A stretch of DNA of 32,000 nucleotides from an uncultured Phycisphaeraceae bacterium (lineage in GTDB: Bacteria > Planctomycetota > Phycisphaerae > Phycisphaerales > Phycisphaeraceae). The notes under the pieces were generated by a model that saw only the letters and a list, made by a program, of their open reading frames with translations, was not told the origin of the DNA and ran no database searches. How positions within the stretch are numbered: position 1 is the first letter of the stretch; every line of letters begins with the position of its first letter. The stretch spans positions 68,841 to 100,840 of the forward strand of contig CAZSBB010000001.1 of NCBI GenBank assembly GCA_964605235.1, written 5' to 3'. Position numbers and translations under genes: made by a program. Below, piece by piece: positions 8,896 through 16,480 of the stretch.

Positions 8896-8989
8896 CCGTT
8901 AGCCCCGGGCTCTGCCCGGGGACTGGCGCGCGTGCAATCATGCGGTCCAGTGCAACGAATCATCCCCGGGCAGAGCCCGGAGCTAACGG
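8896..8989. repeat. nested inverted repeat (27-bp arms, 40-nt spacer); candidate bidirectional terminator or REP-like element
   Basis: Arm 8896..8922 (CCGTTAGCCCCGGGCTCTGCCCGGGGA) matches the reverse complement of 8963..8989 at 26/27. Each arm is itself a hairpin (CCCCGGGC-TCT-GCCCGGGG at 8903..8921; CCCCGGGC-AGA-GCCCGGAG at 8964..8982). Sits between convergent stops at 8888 and 9012. Confidence 0.6.
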
Positions 8990-9011
8990 ATGGACGTTGC
9001 CGTCGTGCATG

Positions 9012-11114
9012 TCACTGCCACCAGACTGTCTCCCACGCCTCGGCTTCACGGTCGCTGATCCGCACGCGCTCGCCCTTGATCTGCAACCCGACGGGCGCGG
9101 GGGCAACCGCCAGCAGGTGCGGCCGCAGCACGGTCGCCAGACGCCAGCGCGAACCCGCCATCCGCAGCATCAGTTGGCCCATCGCATCGGGATACGGCTG
9201 GCCGGGCGCGACGGCGGCGGTGAACTCGCAGGGCGAATCCGTCGCGGCCACCAGTTGCAAGCCCACGCGCGACGACACCCGCCAGTGGGCGTGGAGCGCC
9301 TCCTGCACCCGGCCGCGCTGACGCTGGCGCCACTGGGCGTAGCCGATGCAGTCCGGCAGGGCGGGCAATCCCAGCGTGTTGGCTGCGTGCTCATCGCCGG
9401 CTGGCGTGTCAACGGTCAGCTTGCCATAGGCGTGAAACATCCAGCCGAAGCGCCGCGCGGTTGATGGCAGCGTCGCGCGACAATCATCGAGCACCAGCAG
9501 CAGGTCGCCGCGCAGGAGCAGGCGGCGGCGCAGCTCATACCCTTCGCCCACCAGCACGCCCTGCGCCCACGGCTCGTCGGCGTCCCCGCCCCAGGTCAGG
9601 TCGGCGCGGCCCATTTCGTTCTGCTCGTCGACGCAGAGCATGTTGTGCGCTGCACTGGTGCGGTAGTAACTCAACTCGGAGCCGCGTTGCCGCAGCGAAT
9701 AGCCCGGTTCGCCCAGGTCAGGCGCAATGAGTTCGCCCAGCGCGTGCAGCGTGAATTGCAGCCGATCGGGATGGTCGTGCCCGCTGATGGGCTTGCCGCA
9801 GCGAAAGGCGACTTGCAGCCGGCTGGGCGCGGAGCTGCGCAACACCCCGAGCTGCGCCACCGGCAGGAGCGTGGCACGGCGCGGCGGATCGGCGGGCGCG
9901 GGCAGTTCATCAGGACCAAACGCCAGTGCCGCCCAACCGGGACGCGCAGCCAGGCCGGCGGCGCGACGCTGGGCGGTCAGCGCGGCGACGACCGGCGCGA
10001 AGCGCGCCGCGTCCAGTTGCCCGGCGGCATACTCGTACAGGTGCGCGTAACGGGTCAGGTTCATATGCCGGGGATTGCCCAGGTCGCCCACCACGGTCAG
10101 CCGCCATTGGTCGTCGAGCAGTTGGAGCGGCGCAGCCGCCATGGCGCACAGCCGCTGCTGCAGCAGGTCATGGTCGGCCGCCGGACGGTGACGCTGGATT
10201 TCCCAAAGCCCCAGCAGCGGATACAGCGAGTAAAAGTGATAAAACAGCGTGCCTTCATACCAGAACCCGTCGCACCGCCCGGCGGCGTCGGCGGGCACGC
10301 CGGCGAGCAGTTGGCTGCGCAGGCCGGTCTGCTGCCCAAACGCCGGGGCGATCCAATCCTCGCGCTGGTAGAGGCGGCCGGCGGTCGCCAGCGCCAGGGA
10401 GACGAAGCACGACATGTTGTGGGTCGGTTGCCGACGCAGGAACTCGACCATGGTGGGCAGGCGATCCTCGAAGATGTCGCGGCGGATGGCGTCATGGTCG
10501 GCGGGGGTGAAGGCGGCGCTGCCGCGGGTCATTTCGTAGATCGCGCCGATTTGCGCCAGGATCGCAGCGTCGTACAGATTGCTGAAGTAGTGGGCGGGTC
10601 CGCCGGGGTCGGGGCGACGGGGCAACGGCAGGGCGAAATACGCCGCCGCCTGACGCAGACCTTGCGCGACCCATGCGGCATAACGCTCCTCACCCGTCAG
10701 TTGGTACAGCAATCCCACGCTGCGCAGCAGGCGGTAGGCGCGTTCATGGCTCAGCAGCACCCAGGCGCGCCGCTGGGCGTCGTCGCGTTCGCGCTGGTGC
10801 GTGCTGGGATCGAGGAAATCCTGCCCCCCCGCCGGCTCAAACACCAGATGCTCGCCGGTCTGCCGGGAGTAGAAATCGTGGCGCCAACCCGCCGGCTCCA
10901 TGACCAGCGTCGGAGGCGCCGCGAGCATGGCGTCCGCCTGCGCCCGCAACTGGTCCAGCAGCTCTCGTGCCCAGGCAAGTTGACCAACCTTGCGGCGAAT
11001 CTCCCCCACCACCGCCCCGGTGAAAAACAACCCGGGCCAGAAATCCTCCAGCAGCAAACCGGTGGTGGCGGGCGACAACAAATACGGCTCATGTCGAGCA
11101 AACGGGGCAGCCAT
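9012..11114 (-). CDS. heparinase II/III-like (alginate-lyase-superfamily) protein, no signal peptide
   Basis: 700 aa. The N-terminal half has (alpha/alpha)-toroid lyase-like motifs (WRHDFYSRQTGEHLVFEP, LLYQLTGEERYA). The C-terminal half has the heparinase II/III-type His cluster SGHDHPDRLQFTLHALGELIAPDLG and AAHNMLCVDEQNE. ATG 11114 lies 1 nt after the upstream stop, with GGAGG 8 nt upstream. Confidence 0.78.
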   Translation of the reverse strand: MAAPFARHEPYLLSPATTGLLLEDFWPGLFFTGAVVGEIRRKVGQLAWARELLDQLRAQADAMLAAPPTLVMEPAGWRHDFYSRQTGEHLVFEPAGGQDFLDPSTHQRERDDAQRRAWVLLSHERAYRLLRSVGLLYQLTGEERYAAWVAQGLRQAAAYFALPLPRRPDPGGPAHYFSNLYDAAILAQIGAIYEMTRGSAAFTPADHDAIRRDIFEDRLPTMVEFLRRQPTHNMSCFVSLALATAGRLYQREDWIAPAFGQQTGLRSQLLAGVPADAAGRCDGFWYEGTLFYHFYSLYPLLGLWEIQRHRPAADHDLLQQRLCAMAAAPLQLLDDQWRLTVVGDLGNPRHMNLTRYAHLYEYAAGQLDAARFAPVVAALTAQRRAAGLAARPGWAALAFGPDELPAPADPPRRATLLPVAQLGVLRSSAPSRLQVAFRCGKPISGHDHPDRLQFTLHALGELIAPDLGEPGYSLRQRGSELSYYRTSAAHNMLCVDEQNEMGRADLTWGGDADEPWAQGVLVGEGYELRRRLLLRGDLLLVLDDCRATLPSTARRFGWMFHAYGKLTVDTPAGDEHAANTLGLPALPDCIGYAQWRQRQRGRVQEALHAHWRVSSRVGLQLVAATDSPCEFTAAVAPGQPYPDAMGQLMLRMAGSRWRLATVLRPHLLAVAPAPVGLQIKGERVRISDREAEAWETVWWQ

Positions 11115-11115
11115 G

Positions 11116-12429
11116 TCAGGCCTCCGTCAAGTCCCGCACCAGCGCGAGCGCGGCACGATGGGCGGTGGACCATGCCCATTGGAAATTAAATCCGCCGATG
11201 CGTCCATCCACGTCCAGGATTTCACCCACCAGGTACAAGCCCGCACAGCAACGCGATTGCATGGTGCGATGGTCCAGTTCACTCAGCGGTATGCCGCCGG
11301 CGGTCACCTCGGCGTGGTTCCAGCCCCGATCGCGCAGCACAGGCAGTTCCAACTCCGTCAGCGCATGCGCCAACCCCCGGCGCGCCTCACGCGGAAGCTG
11401 CGCCCCCGCCCCCGGAGCCGCCCCCGGAGTCGCCCCCGGCAGTTTCAGGTGCGCACACAGCGCCTGCGCCAGACGCTGGGGCAGCCGCTGACCGAGCACA
11501 TTGAGCAAACTCGCCCGCCCCTGCCCGGCATCAATCAGCCATTTCTCCACGCCGGCGAAGTCGTCCTCCACCAGCGCCATCCGCAAAGCGAACGGCTGCC
11601 CGGCGGCGAGCGCGCCCAGACAGAAGCGGCTGGCGTCGAGCACCACCGGGCCACTGACGCCAAAGTGGGTCCACAGCATTTGCCCGCTGCGTTCGTCCAC
11701 CCGCTTGCCGGATACGAAGCTGCGCAGCGTCACCGGCTGGCTCAGGCCGGCGAGCTGGGCGTGAAAGAAATCTGACGCCAGCACCAGCGGCGCCAGCGCG
11801 GGGTAGGTGGGCGTGACGGTATGTCCCAGTGCTTGCGCCAGGCTGTAACCCTGCCCATCCGAGCCGGTGCGCGGCAGCGATTTTCCGCCGGTCGCCAGCA
11901 CCAGGCGACGACAGTGCAGTTCTCCCTGCGCGTGGCTGACGAGAAAGCCCGTGTCGTCCCGGCGCACCGACCGCACCCGGCAAGCCGTGGCGAGGGTGAC
12001 GCCCAGTTCGCCGCAGCGGCGCAGCAGGGCGTTGAGCACGGTGTGGGCGTCGTCGGTGGTGGGAAAGAGCTTGCCGGTCGGTTCGCGTTTGAGCGTGACG
12101 CCCAGGCTCTGGAACCAGGCGCTGGCGGCGGCGACGTCGAATCCCGCCAGGACATGTTTGATCAGGTGGCGTGGGCCGTGGTAATCGCGTTCGCTGACGA
12201 CGGCATGGGTGACGTTGCAGCGGCCCCCGCCGGCGACGAGGATTTTCGCCCCCAGGCGCGGCGCGCCATCAAGCACCAGCACCCGGCGAGGCCCCAACTG
12301 CTCGGCGGCAAACACCGCCGTCGCCAGCCCCGCGGCGCCGCCGCCGACGATCGCCAGGTCAACTTGAGGGTCGGTGGTGGAAGGAGCATGCATCACGCGC
12401 TGCAGCATACCGCCGACGGGGTCAGTCAT
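11116..12429 (-). CDS. HI0933/BaiN-type NAD(P)/FAD-dependent oxidoreductase
   Basis: DLAIVGGGAAGLATAVFAAE (GxGxxG), LGAKILVAGGGRCNVTH and C-terminal LYLVGEILDVDGRIGGFNFQWAWSTA are typical of the HI0933 flavoprotein family. The listed 527-aa ORF carries a spurious 90-codon 5' extension. ATG 12429 overlaps the upstream stop (ATGACTGA). Confidence 0.85.
   Translation of the reverse strand: MTDPVGGMLQRVMHAPSTTDPQVDLAIVGGGAAGLATAVFAAEQLGPRRVLVLDGAPRLGAKILVAGGGRCNVTHAVVSERDYHGPRHLIKHVLAGFDVAAASAWFQSLGVTLKREPTGKLFPTTDDAHTVLNALLRRCGELGVTLATACRVRSVRRDDTGFLVSHAQGELHCRRLVLATGGKSLPRTGSDGQGYSLAQALGHTVTPTYPALAPLVLASDFFHAQLAGLSQPVTLRSFVSGKRVDERSGQMLWTHFGVSGPVVLDASRFCLGALAAGQPFALRMALVEDDFAGVEKWLIDAGQGRASLLNVLGQRLPQRLAQALCAHLKLPGATPGAAPGAGAQLPREARRGLAHALTELELPVLRDRGWNHAEVTAGGIPLSELDHRTMQSRCCAGLYLVGEILDVDGRIGGFNFQWAWSTAHRAALALVRDLTEA
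11407..11442. repeat. in-frame 12-nt tandem repeat x3 inside the flavoprotein gene
   Basis: CGCCCCCGGAGC / CGCCCCCGGAGT / CGCCCCCGGCAG, plus a partial CGCCCC at 11401..11406. Encodes PGAT-PGAA-PGAG on the minus strand. Confidence 0.8.
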
Positions 12430-13150
12430 CTGCCACCGCACGTCGGGCGGTCCAGGCGCCCGCCACGGCTTCGTTGCGAATGCCCAGTTGTTTTTCCAGC
12501 AGACGTTCGAGGTACAGCGCGCCTTCGTCATTGGGCAGTCGGCGCAGCAGGGACACATCCTGTCCCTGTTGGGTGCGGAAGCGCACTTCATAGCTGTAGC
12601 TGGTGCCGTTCTTGGTGTGATGCGTGCGTCGCTTGCAGTAGAGTTGGGCGATGTCGAGGGGATCGAGCTGGCAGTTGCCGCGCCAGGGCAGGGGTTCATG
12701 GCGGACGGTCAGGGCCTGGGCGTCGAGGGTGATGCGGGTGCGGTTAAACAGCAGCGCGAGGATGAAGTAGATCAAACCCAGGCCGACCGCCAGATGCAGC
12801 AGCGGGAAGAGGGCGAAGAAAATCGGGGCGTTGCCGGAGAGTGCTGCCCCGATGAAGGTGAACACGATGCCGTTCCAGAACAGGGCGAAGGGGATGAGGA
12901 ACAGCACGATCCAGGAGAACCAGCGGCGCTGGATGGTCAGCGTGCGCCCGTCGTCGTGGACGGTCCAGCCTTTGGGCGGTTGCAGGTTCAGGGGCTGGGG
13001 TTCGTCGGCGGTGGGGTCGGCCGGGTCTGCGGGGGTCGTTGAGGTGCGAACCGTACACCCGCAGTAGTCACAGGTGGACCACCGCTGGGCATCAGGTGGG
13101 GGCAGCGCACTACCGCATTGGGGACACATCAGGCTGCGGGCGGGTTCCAT
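12422..13150 (-). CDS. zinc-ribbon membrane protein, unknown function
   Basis: N-terminal CPQCG...CDYCG (CxxC-N18-CxxC), a Pro/Asp/Thr linker, about three hydrophobic helices (WFSWIVLFLIPFALFWNGIVFTFIGAAL, IFFALFPLLHLAVGLGLIYFILALLF), and a soluble C-terminal domain. ATG 13150 has GGAGG 4 nt upstream. The listed ORF starts at ATG 13186. Confidence 0.65.
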   Translation of the reverse strand: MEPARSLMCPQCGSALPPPDAQRWSTCDYCGCTVRTSTTPADPADPTADEPQPLNLQPPKGWTVHDDGRTLTIQRRWFSWIVLFLIPFALFWNGIVFTFIGAALSGNAPIFFALFPLLHLAVGLGLIYFILALLFNRTRITLDAQALTVRHEPLPWRGNCQLDPLDIAQLYCKRRTHHTKNGTSYSYEVRFRTQQGQDVSLLRRLPNDEGALYLERLLEKQLGIRNEAVAGAWTARRAVADD

Positions 13151-13412
13151 GGGACCTCCGTCTTGGGTCACTGAGCTTCGCCACATTTCCGCGTGACATC
13201 CGGCTGGGGGGTTGACCCACCCCCGGTGTTAGCAGTAGGTTATGCGCAATTCAAGCGTTCCGGAAGTCGCGGAGCAATCCTGTCTTGCCCAGCACGCGCC
13301 CGGTGAAGTATGAACTGCGTTTGGTCGGCTCCGGACGACGGGGTCGATTTATGCCCACGGGGGCGATGTCTTTCACGTACCGTCTTGCGTTCATCCGCCG
13401 CCAGGATCGCCC

Positions 13413-13898
13413 ATGAAAGTCGGCGTCATCAGCGACACGCACGACCGTCTGCCCACCTTTCGCCGGGCATTGGCGTTGTTCAAGCGGCTGCGCGTGGAAG
13501 CCATTTTCCACGCCGGGGATTTTGTCGCCCCCTTTGCCGCCAAGCTCATGGCGCCCGAGGTGCTGTCCATCCCGCTGCATGTGGTGTACGGCAACAACGA
13601 CGGCGAACGCAAGGGCCTCAAAGCGGTGCTGCCCAACCTCATCGACGGTCCCGCGAAAATCAAGCTTGCCGACCGGGTCATCGTGATGCATCACTTCTTC
13701 GACTGGCTCAAACCCAGCGACTACGCCGACGCGGATGTCATCATCACCGGGCACACCCATCAGGTGGTCAACGAAACCCGCGCGGGCAAGCTCTTCCTCA
13801 ACCCCGGCGAATGCTGCGGCTGGGTCACTGATCGCTGCACGGTGGCGCTGCTGGACCTGGCGACCCTCACCGCTGAGATCGTGGAAGTTCACGAGTAA
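13413..13898 (+). CDS. YfcE/MJ0936-family metallophosphoesterase
   Basis: 161 aa with the ordered calcineurin-like motifs ISDTHD, HAGDF, GNNDGE, MHH and GHTH. Confidence 0.88.
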   Translation: MKVGVISDTHDRLPTFRRALALFKRLRVEAIFHAGDFVAPFAAKLMAPEVLSIPLHVVYGNNDGERKGLKAVLPNLIDGPAKIKLADRVIVMHHFFDWLKPSDYADADVIITGHTHQVVNETRAGKLFLNPGECCGWVTDRCTVALLDLATLTAEIVEVHE

Positions 13899-13903
13899 GC
13901 AAC

Positions 13904-14044
13904 GATCTCAAATGAACAGCAACCACAGAGCCACAGAGATCACCGAGCCATACGCACAGAGCATGCAGGAATATCCAGAGGCTCAGTCAGCTTCTCAGGC
14001 TTGCTCTCTGTGTCCTCTGTGCCTCGGTGGCAAGTCTTGAGATC
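13904..14044. repeat. CACAGAG/CTCTGTG-rich imperfect long hairpin element between convergent genes
   Basis: 13923..13947 (CCACAGAGCCACAGAGATCACCGAG) can pair with 14006..14030 at 20/25. An outer pair is GATCTCAA 13904..13911 with TTGAGATC 14037..14044. Tandem CCACAGAG x2. Lower GC than the flanks. Confidence 0.55.
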
Positions 14045-14069
14045 ATTTATATGCCGCCGGCTGGCGGTC

Positions 14070-15110
14070 TTACCACGGACAGGCGACGCCCGCCTGCTGC
14101 GCCAGTTCCGTCAGCTTCTGTTGCATCGCCGCCGGGACTTCCACGCCGGTTTTTTCCGCCGCGCGCAGGCTCGCCAGCGCCCGTTGGCCGGGCAAGCGGA
14201 TGGCGTCAAAACCGGGCCGCAACCGGCTGGTGTGCAGGTGCGGGATCAGCCGCTTCATCTCCTGCAGATAAGCCCCGCGCCCGGCGAAATGCTGGGGGTC
14301 CAGCACCAGCAGCGCCACCGTCTGTCGCTGCGGCGCCGTGGGATCATTGGTGCGCCCGCCCGCCAGCGCGGTGAGCGCTTCGCACCAGAGCGAAAACGCA
14401 AAGCCCTTGTAGCCGTCGTGATCGCCGCCGAGCAGCGCGATGCTGCCGCCCTGCTGCATCACGCCCGGGTCCGTGCTGGGCATCCCATCGGGGCCGACGA
14501 ACGCCGGGTAATCCGCCTGCTTCCGCTGGGCGAGCAACTGGTTGACCTTGCCCATCGCCATGGTGGAGGTCGAAAAATCCGCCAGCACCACGTCGTCCGC
14601 GCCTTCGCCCACCGGAAACGCCAGGGCGATCGGATTCGTGCTCAAACGCGGCTCGATTCCGCCGAACGGCGCGCTGTCCTGGCAACGACAATTCTGCGCC
14701 CAGAGCTGCGCCATGAGTCCATGGCGCGCCAGCGGCAACAGGTAAGGCCCCAGCGCCCCGATCCAGTGCGTGTTGGCGACCACGGCAAACGAACTGCCCA
14801 GTTCGCGCGCCTGCCAACCCGCCTGCTCGACCGCGCGGTGCAGCGCCCATTGCCCCATCACGCCCTGGCCATCGTAGAACAGGTTGCCCGGGGCGCGCGG
14901 GGCGCTGCGGACCTCGCGCTGCGGGTCCACCGGGTCCGGGATCAAACCCGCCAGCGATACCCACTGCGCCAGCCCGTGGGTCTGCGAACCCATGGCCGCC
15001 GCCGTGACGGCGTAATCCGCCACCACGGCCGCCCGGTCCTCCGGCACGCGCCAGGCTTGCAGCAGGGAAGCGCCAAATTCACGCAGGTTCGCGAGGGAAT
15101 GAAGTGACAT
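14070..15110 (-). CDS. Ldh_2 family (malate/L-lactate/ureidoglycolate dehydrogenase-like) oxidoreductase
   Basis: Collinear by eye with the AllD/YlbC-type family: GSQTHGL, FGG..PRLSTNPIALAFP, ADFSTSTMAMGKV, LLGGDHDGYKGFAFSLWCEAL. ATG 15110 (MSLHSL) is preferred, because the listed start at 15194 would overlap the divergent gene. Confidence 0.82.
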   Translation of the reverse strand: MSLHSLANLREFGASLLQAWRVPEDRAAVVADYAVTAAAMGSQTHGLAQWVSLAGLIPDPVDPQREVRSAPRAPGNLFYDGQGVMGQWALHRAVEQAGWQARELGSSFAVVANTHWIGALGPYLLPLARHGLMAQLWAQNCRCQDSAPFGGIEPRLSTNPIALAFPVGEGADDVVLADFSTSTMAMGKVNQLLAQRKQADYPAFVGPDGMPSTDPGVMQQGGSIALLGGDHDGYKGFAFSLWCEALTALAGGRTNDPTAPQRQTVALLVLDPQHFAGRGAYLQEMKRLIPHLHTSRLRPGFDAIRLPGQRALASLRAAEKTGVEVPAAMQQKLTELAQQAGVACPW

Positions 15111-15192
15111 CACTGCAGTGTAACAACCCCGTCGGGTCTGATGAACCGATACTTGACGACCGGCTTCAACCGCGGGCCTAACATATCCCGCC

Positions 15193-15669
15193 ATGCCGCT
15201 GCGGGAATATCAACTGGAATGCGAACTCCTCCTGCCGGGTACGCCCGCGCAGGTGTTTCCCTTTTTCGCCGACGCTTTCAATCTGCAGCAGATCACCCCG
15301 CCCTGGTTGCATTTTCAGGTGTTGACGCCCGCGCCGATCGCCATGGCGCCCGGCACGCTGATCGACTACCGCCTGAAGCTGCACGGACTGCCGCTGCGCT
15401 GGCGCACACGCATCAGCGTCTGGGAGCCGCCCTTCCGTTTCATCGATGAGCAAATCCGCGGCCCATATCGCCGGTGGATCCACGAACACACCTTCGAACC
15501 GGTAGGCACGCAAACCCGCTGCCGGGATCGCGTGAGCTATGCGGTCCCGGGTGGTGCGCTGGTGCATCGGCTGTTCGTCCAGCGCGACGTGCAGCGGATT
15601 TTCGACTACCGCCAGCAGCGCTTGCGGGAGCTGTTTGCCGCCTCCGCGCCGGCGTCACAGACCAGCTGA
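15193..15669 (+). CDS. SRPBCC (START/Bet v1-like) family protein
   Basis: 158 aa. The pattern FADAFNLQQITPPWL...YRLKLHGLPLRWRTRISVWEPPFRFIDEQIRGPYRRWIHEHTFEP is typical of the COG4276-type SRPBCC ligand-binding family. Confidence 0.72.
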   Translation: MPLREYQLECELLLPGTPAQVFPFFADAFNLQQITPPWLHFQVLTPAPIAMAPGTLIDYRLKLHGLPLRWRTRISVWEPPFRFIDEQIRGPYRRWIHEHTFEPVGTQTRCRDRVSYAVPGGALVHRLFVQRDVQRIFDYRQQRLRELFAASAPASQTS

Positions 15670-15674
15670 AGTCT

Positions 15675-16412
15675 TCACGCCGGCAGCCGCGCCAGTGCTG
15701 TCTCCAGCGCCAGCGCCTGTGGGAAGAGAAGGTTGTTTTCCTTGTGGACATGCTGATGCAGGTCGGCTTCCAGACGCGCCAGACCATCGAGCATGGCGCG
15801 ATAGGTATTGCAGGCCCAGGCGGGCGGCGCGTACCCGTCCGTGGCGTCATGCATGGTTTCCAACGCCTGGCCGGCGTGATCATGCTCCAGTTCCATGCGG
15901 GCGATCGGATTGGCGATCGAGCCACAGTGATGATGAAGCGCGGCAACGGCGGGAGCTTCCAGGGCGCGGATCAGCGGGAACAGAATCTGCTCCTCTTTGA
16001 CCAGGTGCGACAGCAGCTCATCGCGCAACGCCACAAAGGCCTCGCGCAGCTCCGTCAGCCGCGGCTCCCGCGCCCCGTGCACCCGCGCCACCTTTTCCGT
16101 CATCACATCCAGCCGCGGCAATTCCTCGCGCAGATAGACATGGTGAGTCTGCTCAATGTGGTCCGCCAGGGCGCTTAAGCTCAACGCCCGCACATCGGGA
16201 ACGGCGGCGTCAGCGGCGGCGTCACGCGCATCCAGTTCCTGCAACTGGGTGATGATCTGCGCCGGTTCGACCTGCCGGCGGGCGCAGGCTTCCGCCAGCG
16301 ACAGTTTCCCGCCGCAGCAGTAATCAATGCGCCAGGCTTCGAACACCCGAGCGCGGTTGGGGGCGGCTTTGACCAGTTCGCCCACCGTGGATTCGATCAG
16401 GATCGTGGACAT
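15675..16412 (-). CDS. ric: iron-sulfur cluster repair di-iron protein (RIC/YtfE/ScdA family)
   Basis: N-terminal ScdA_N motif WRIDYCCGG. Hemerythrin-like His/Glu motifs (HHVYLREELP, EEQILFP, MELEHDHAG, HVHKENNLLFP). ATG 16412 is preceded by GAGGAG. The listed ORF has a 48-codon 5' extension. Confidence 0.9.
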   Translation of the reverse strand: MSTILIESTVGELVKAAPNRARVFEAWRIDYCCGGKLSLAEACARRQVEPAQIITQLQELDARDAAADAAVPDVRALSLSALADHIEQTHHVYLREELPRLDVMTEKVARVHGAREPRLTELREAFVALRDELLSHLVKEEQILFPLIRALEAPAVAALHHHCGSIANPIARMELEHDHAGQALETMHDATDGYAPPAWACNTYRAMLDGLARLEADLHQHVHKENNLLFPQALALETALARLPA

Positions 16413-16480
16413 ACAACAACTCCTCAGCAACAGGCGGGATGACGGGAAACCATGAGCCGCGTGCCCGGCTCGGACGACAT

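Noticed and set aside
8932-9464. 129-aa and 174-aa plus-strand ORFs starting inside the nested palindrome
   Set aside because: They begin within the inverted-repeat element and continue antisense to the heparinase-like gene. They have no motifs and are better explained as read-through of a structured non-coding element.
9645-11189. 514-aa plus-strand ORF opposite the 700-aa heparinase-like gene
   Set aside because: It is an Arg/Gly/Gln/Pro-rich antisense shadow. The minus-strand frame carries the lyase-type motifs and a coupled start with a Shine-Dalgarno sequence.
12430-12699. First 90 codons of the listed 527-aa ORF (11116..12699)
   Set aside because: This extension overlaps the 3' end of the Zn-ribbon gene in another frame and is Cys/Pro/Ala-rich nonsense. 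The GxGxxG fold starts about 25 aa after the Met at 12429, and that Met forms an ATGACTGA overlap with the upstream stop.
13340-13357. T-loop-like GGGGTCGATTTATGCCC suggesting a tRNA in the 13187..13412 spacer
   Set aside because: No acceptor, D or anticodon arms can be built around it, and the stem flanking the putative loop is too short. I call no tRNA.
13735-14040. 101-aa ORF whose tail (…NHRATEITEPYAQ…CSLCPLCLGGKS) covers the CACAGAG/CTCTGTG element
   Set aside because: Its 5' part overlaps the phosphoesterase gene out of frame, and its 3' part is simply the translated repeat. It is a spurious peptide of the kind such repeats generate.
14001-16178. Plus-strand ORFs 14001..15107 (368 aa) and 15474..16178 (234 aa)
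   Set aside because: They are antisense to the Ldh_2 and RIC genes, both of which have clear family motifs. Their translations are Arg-rich low complexity.
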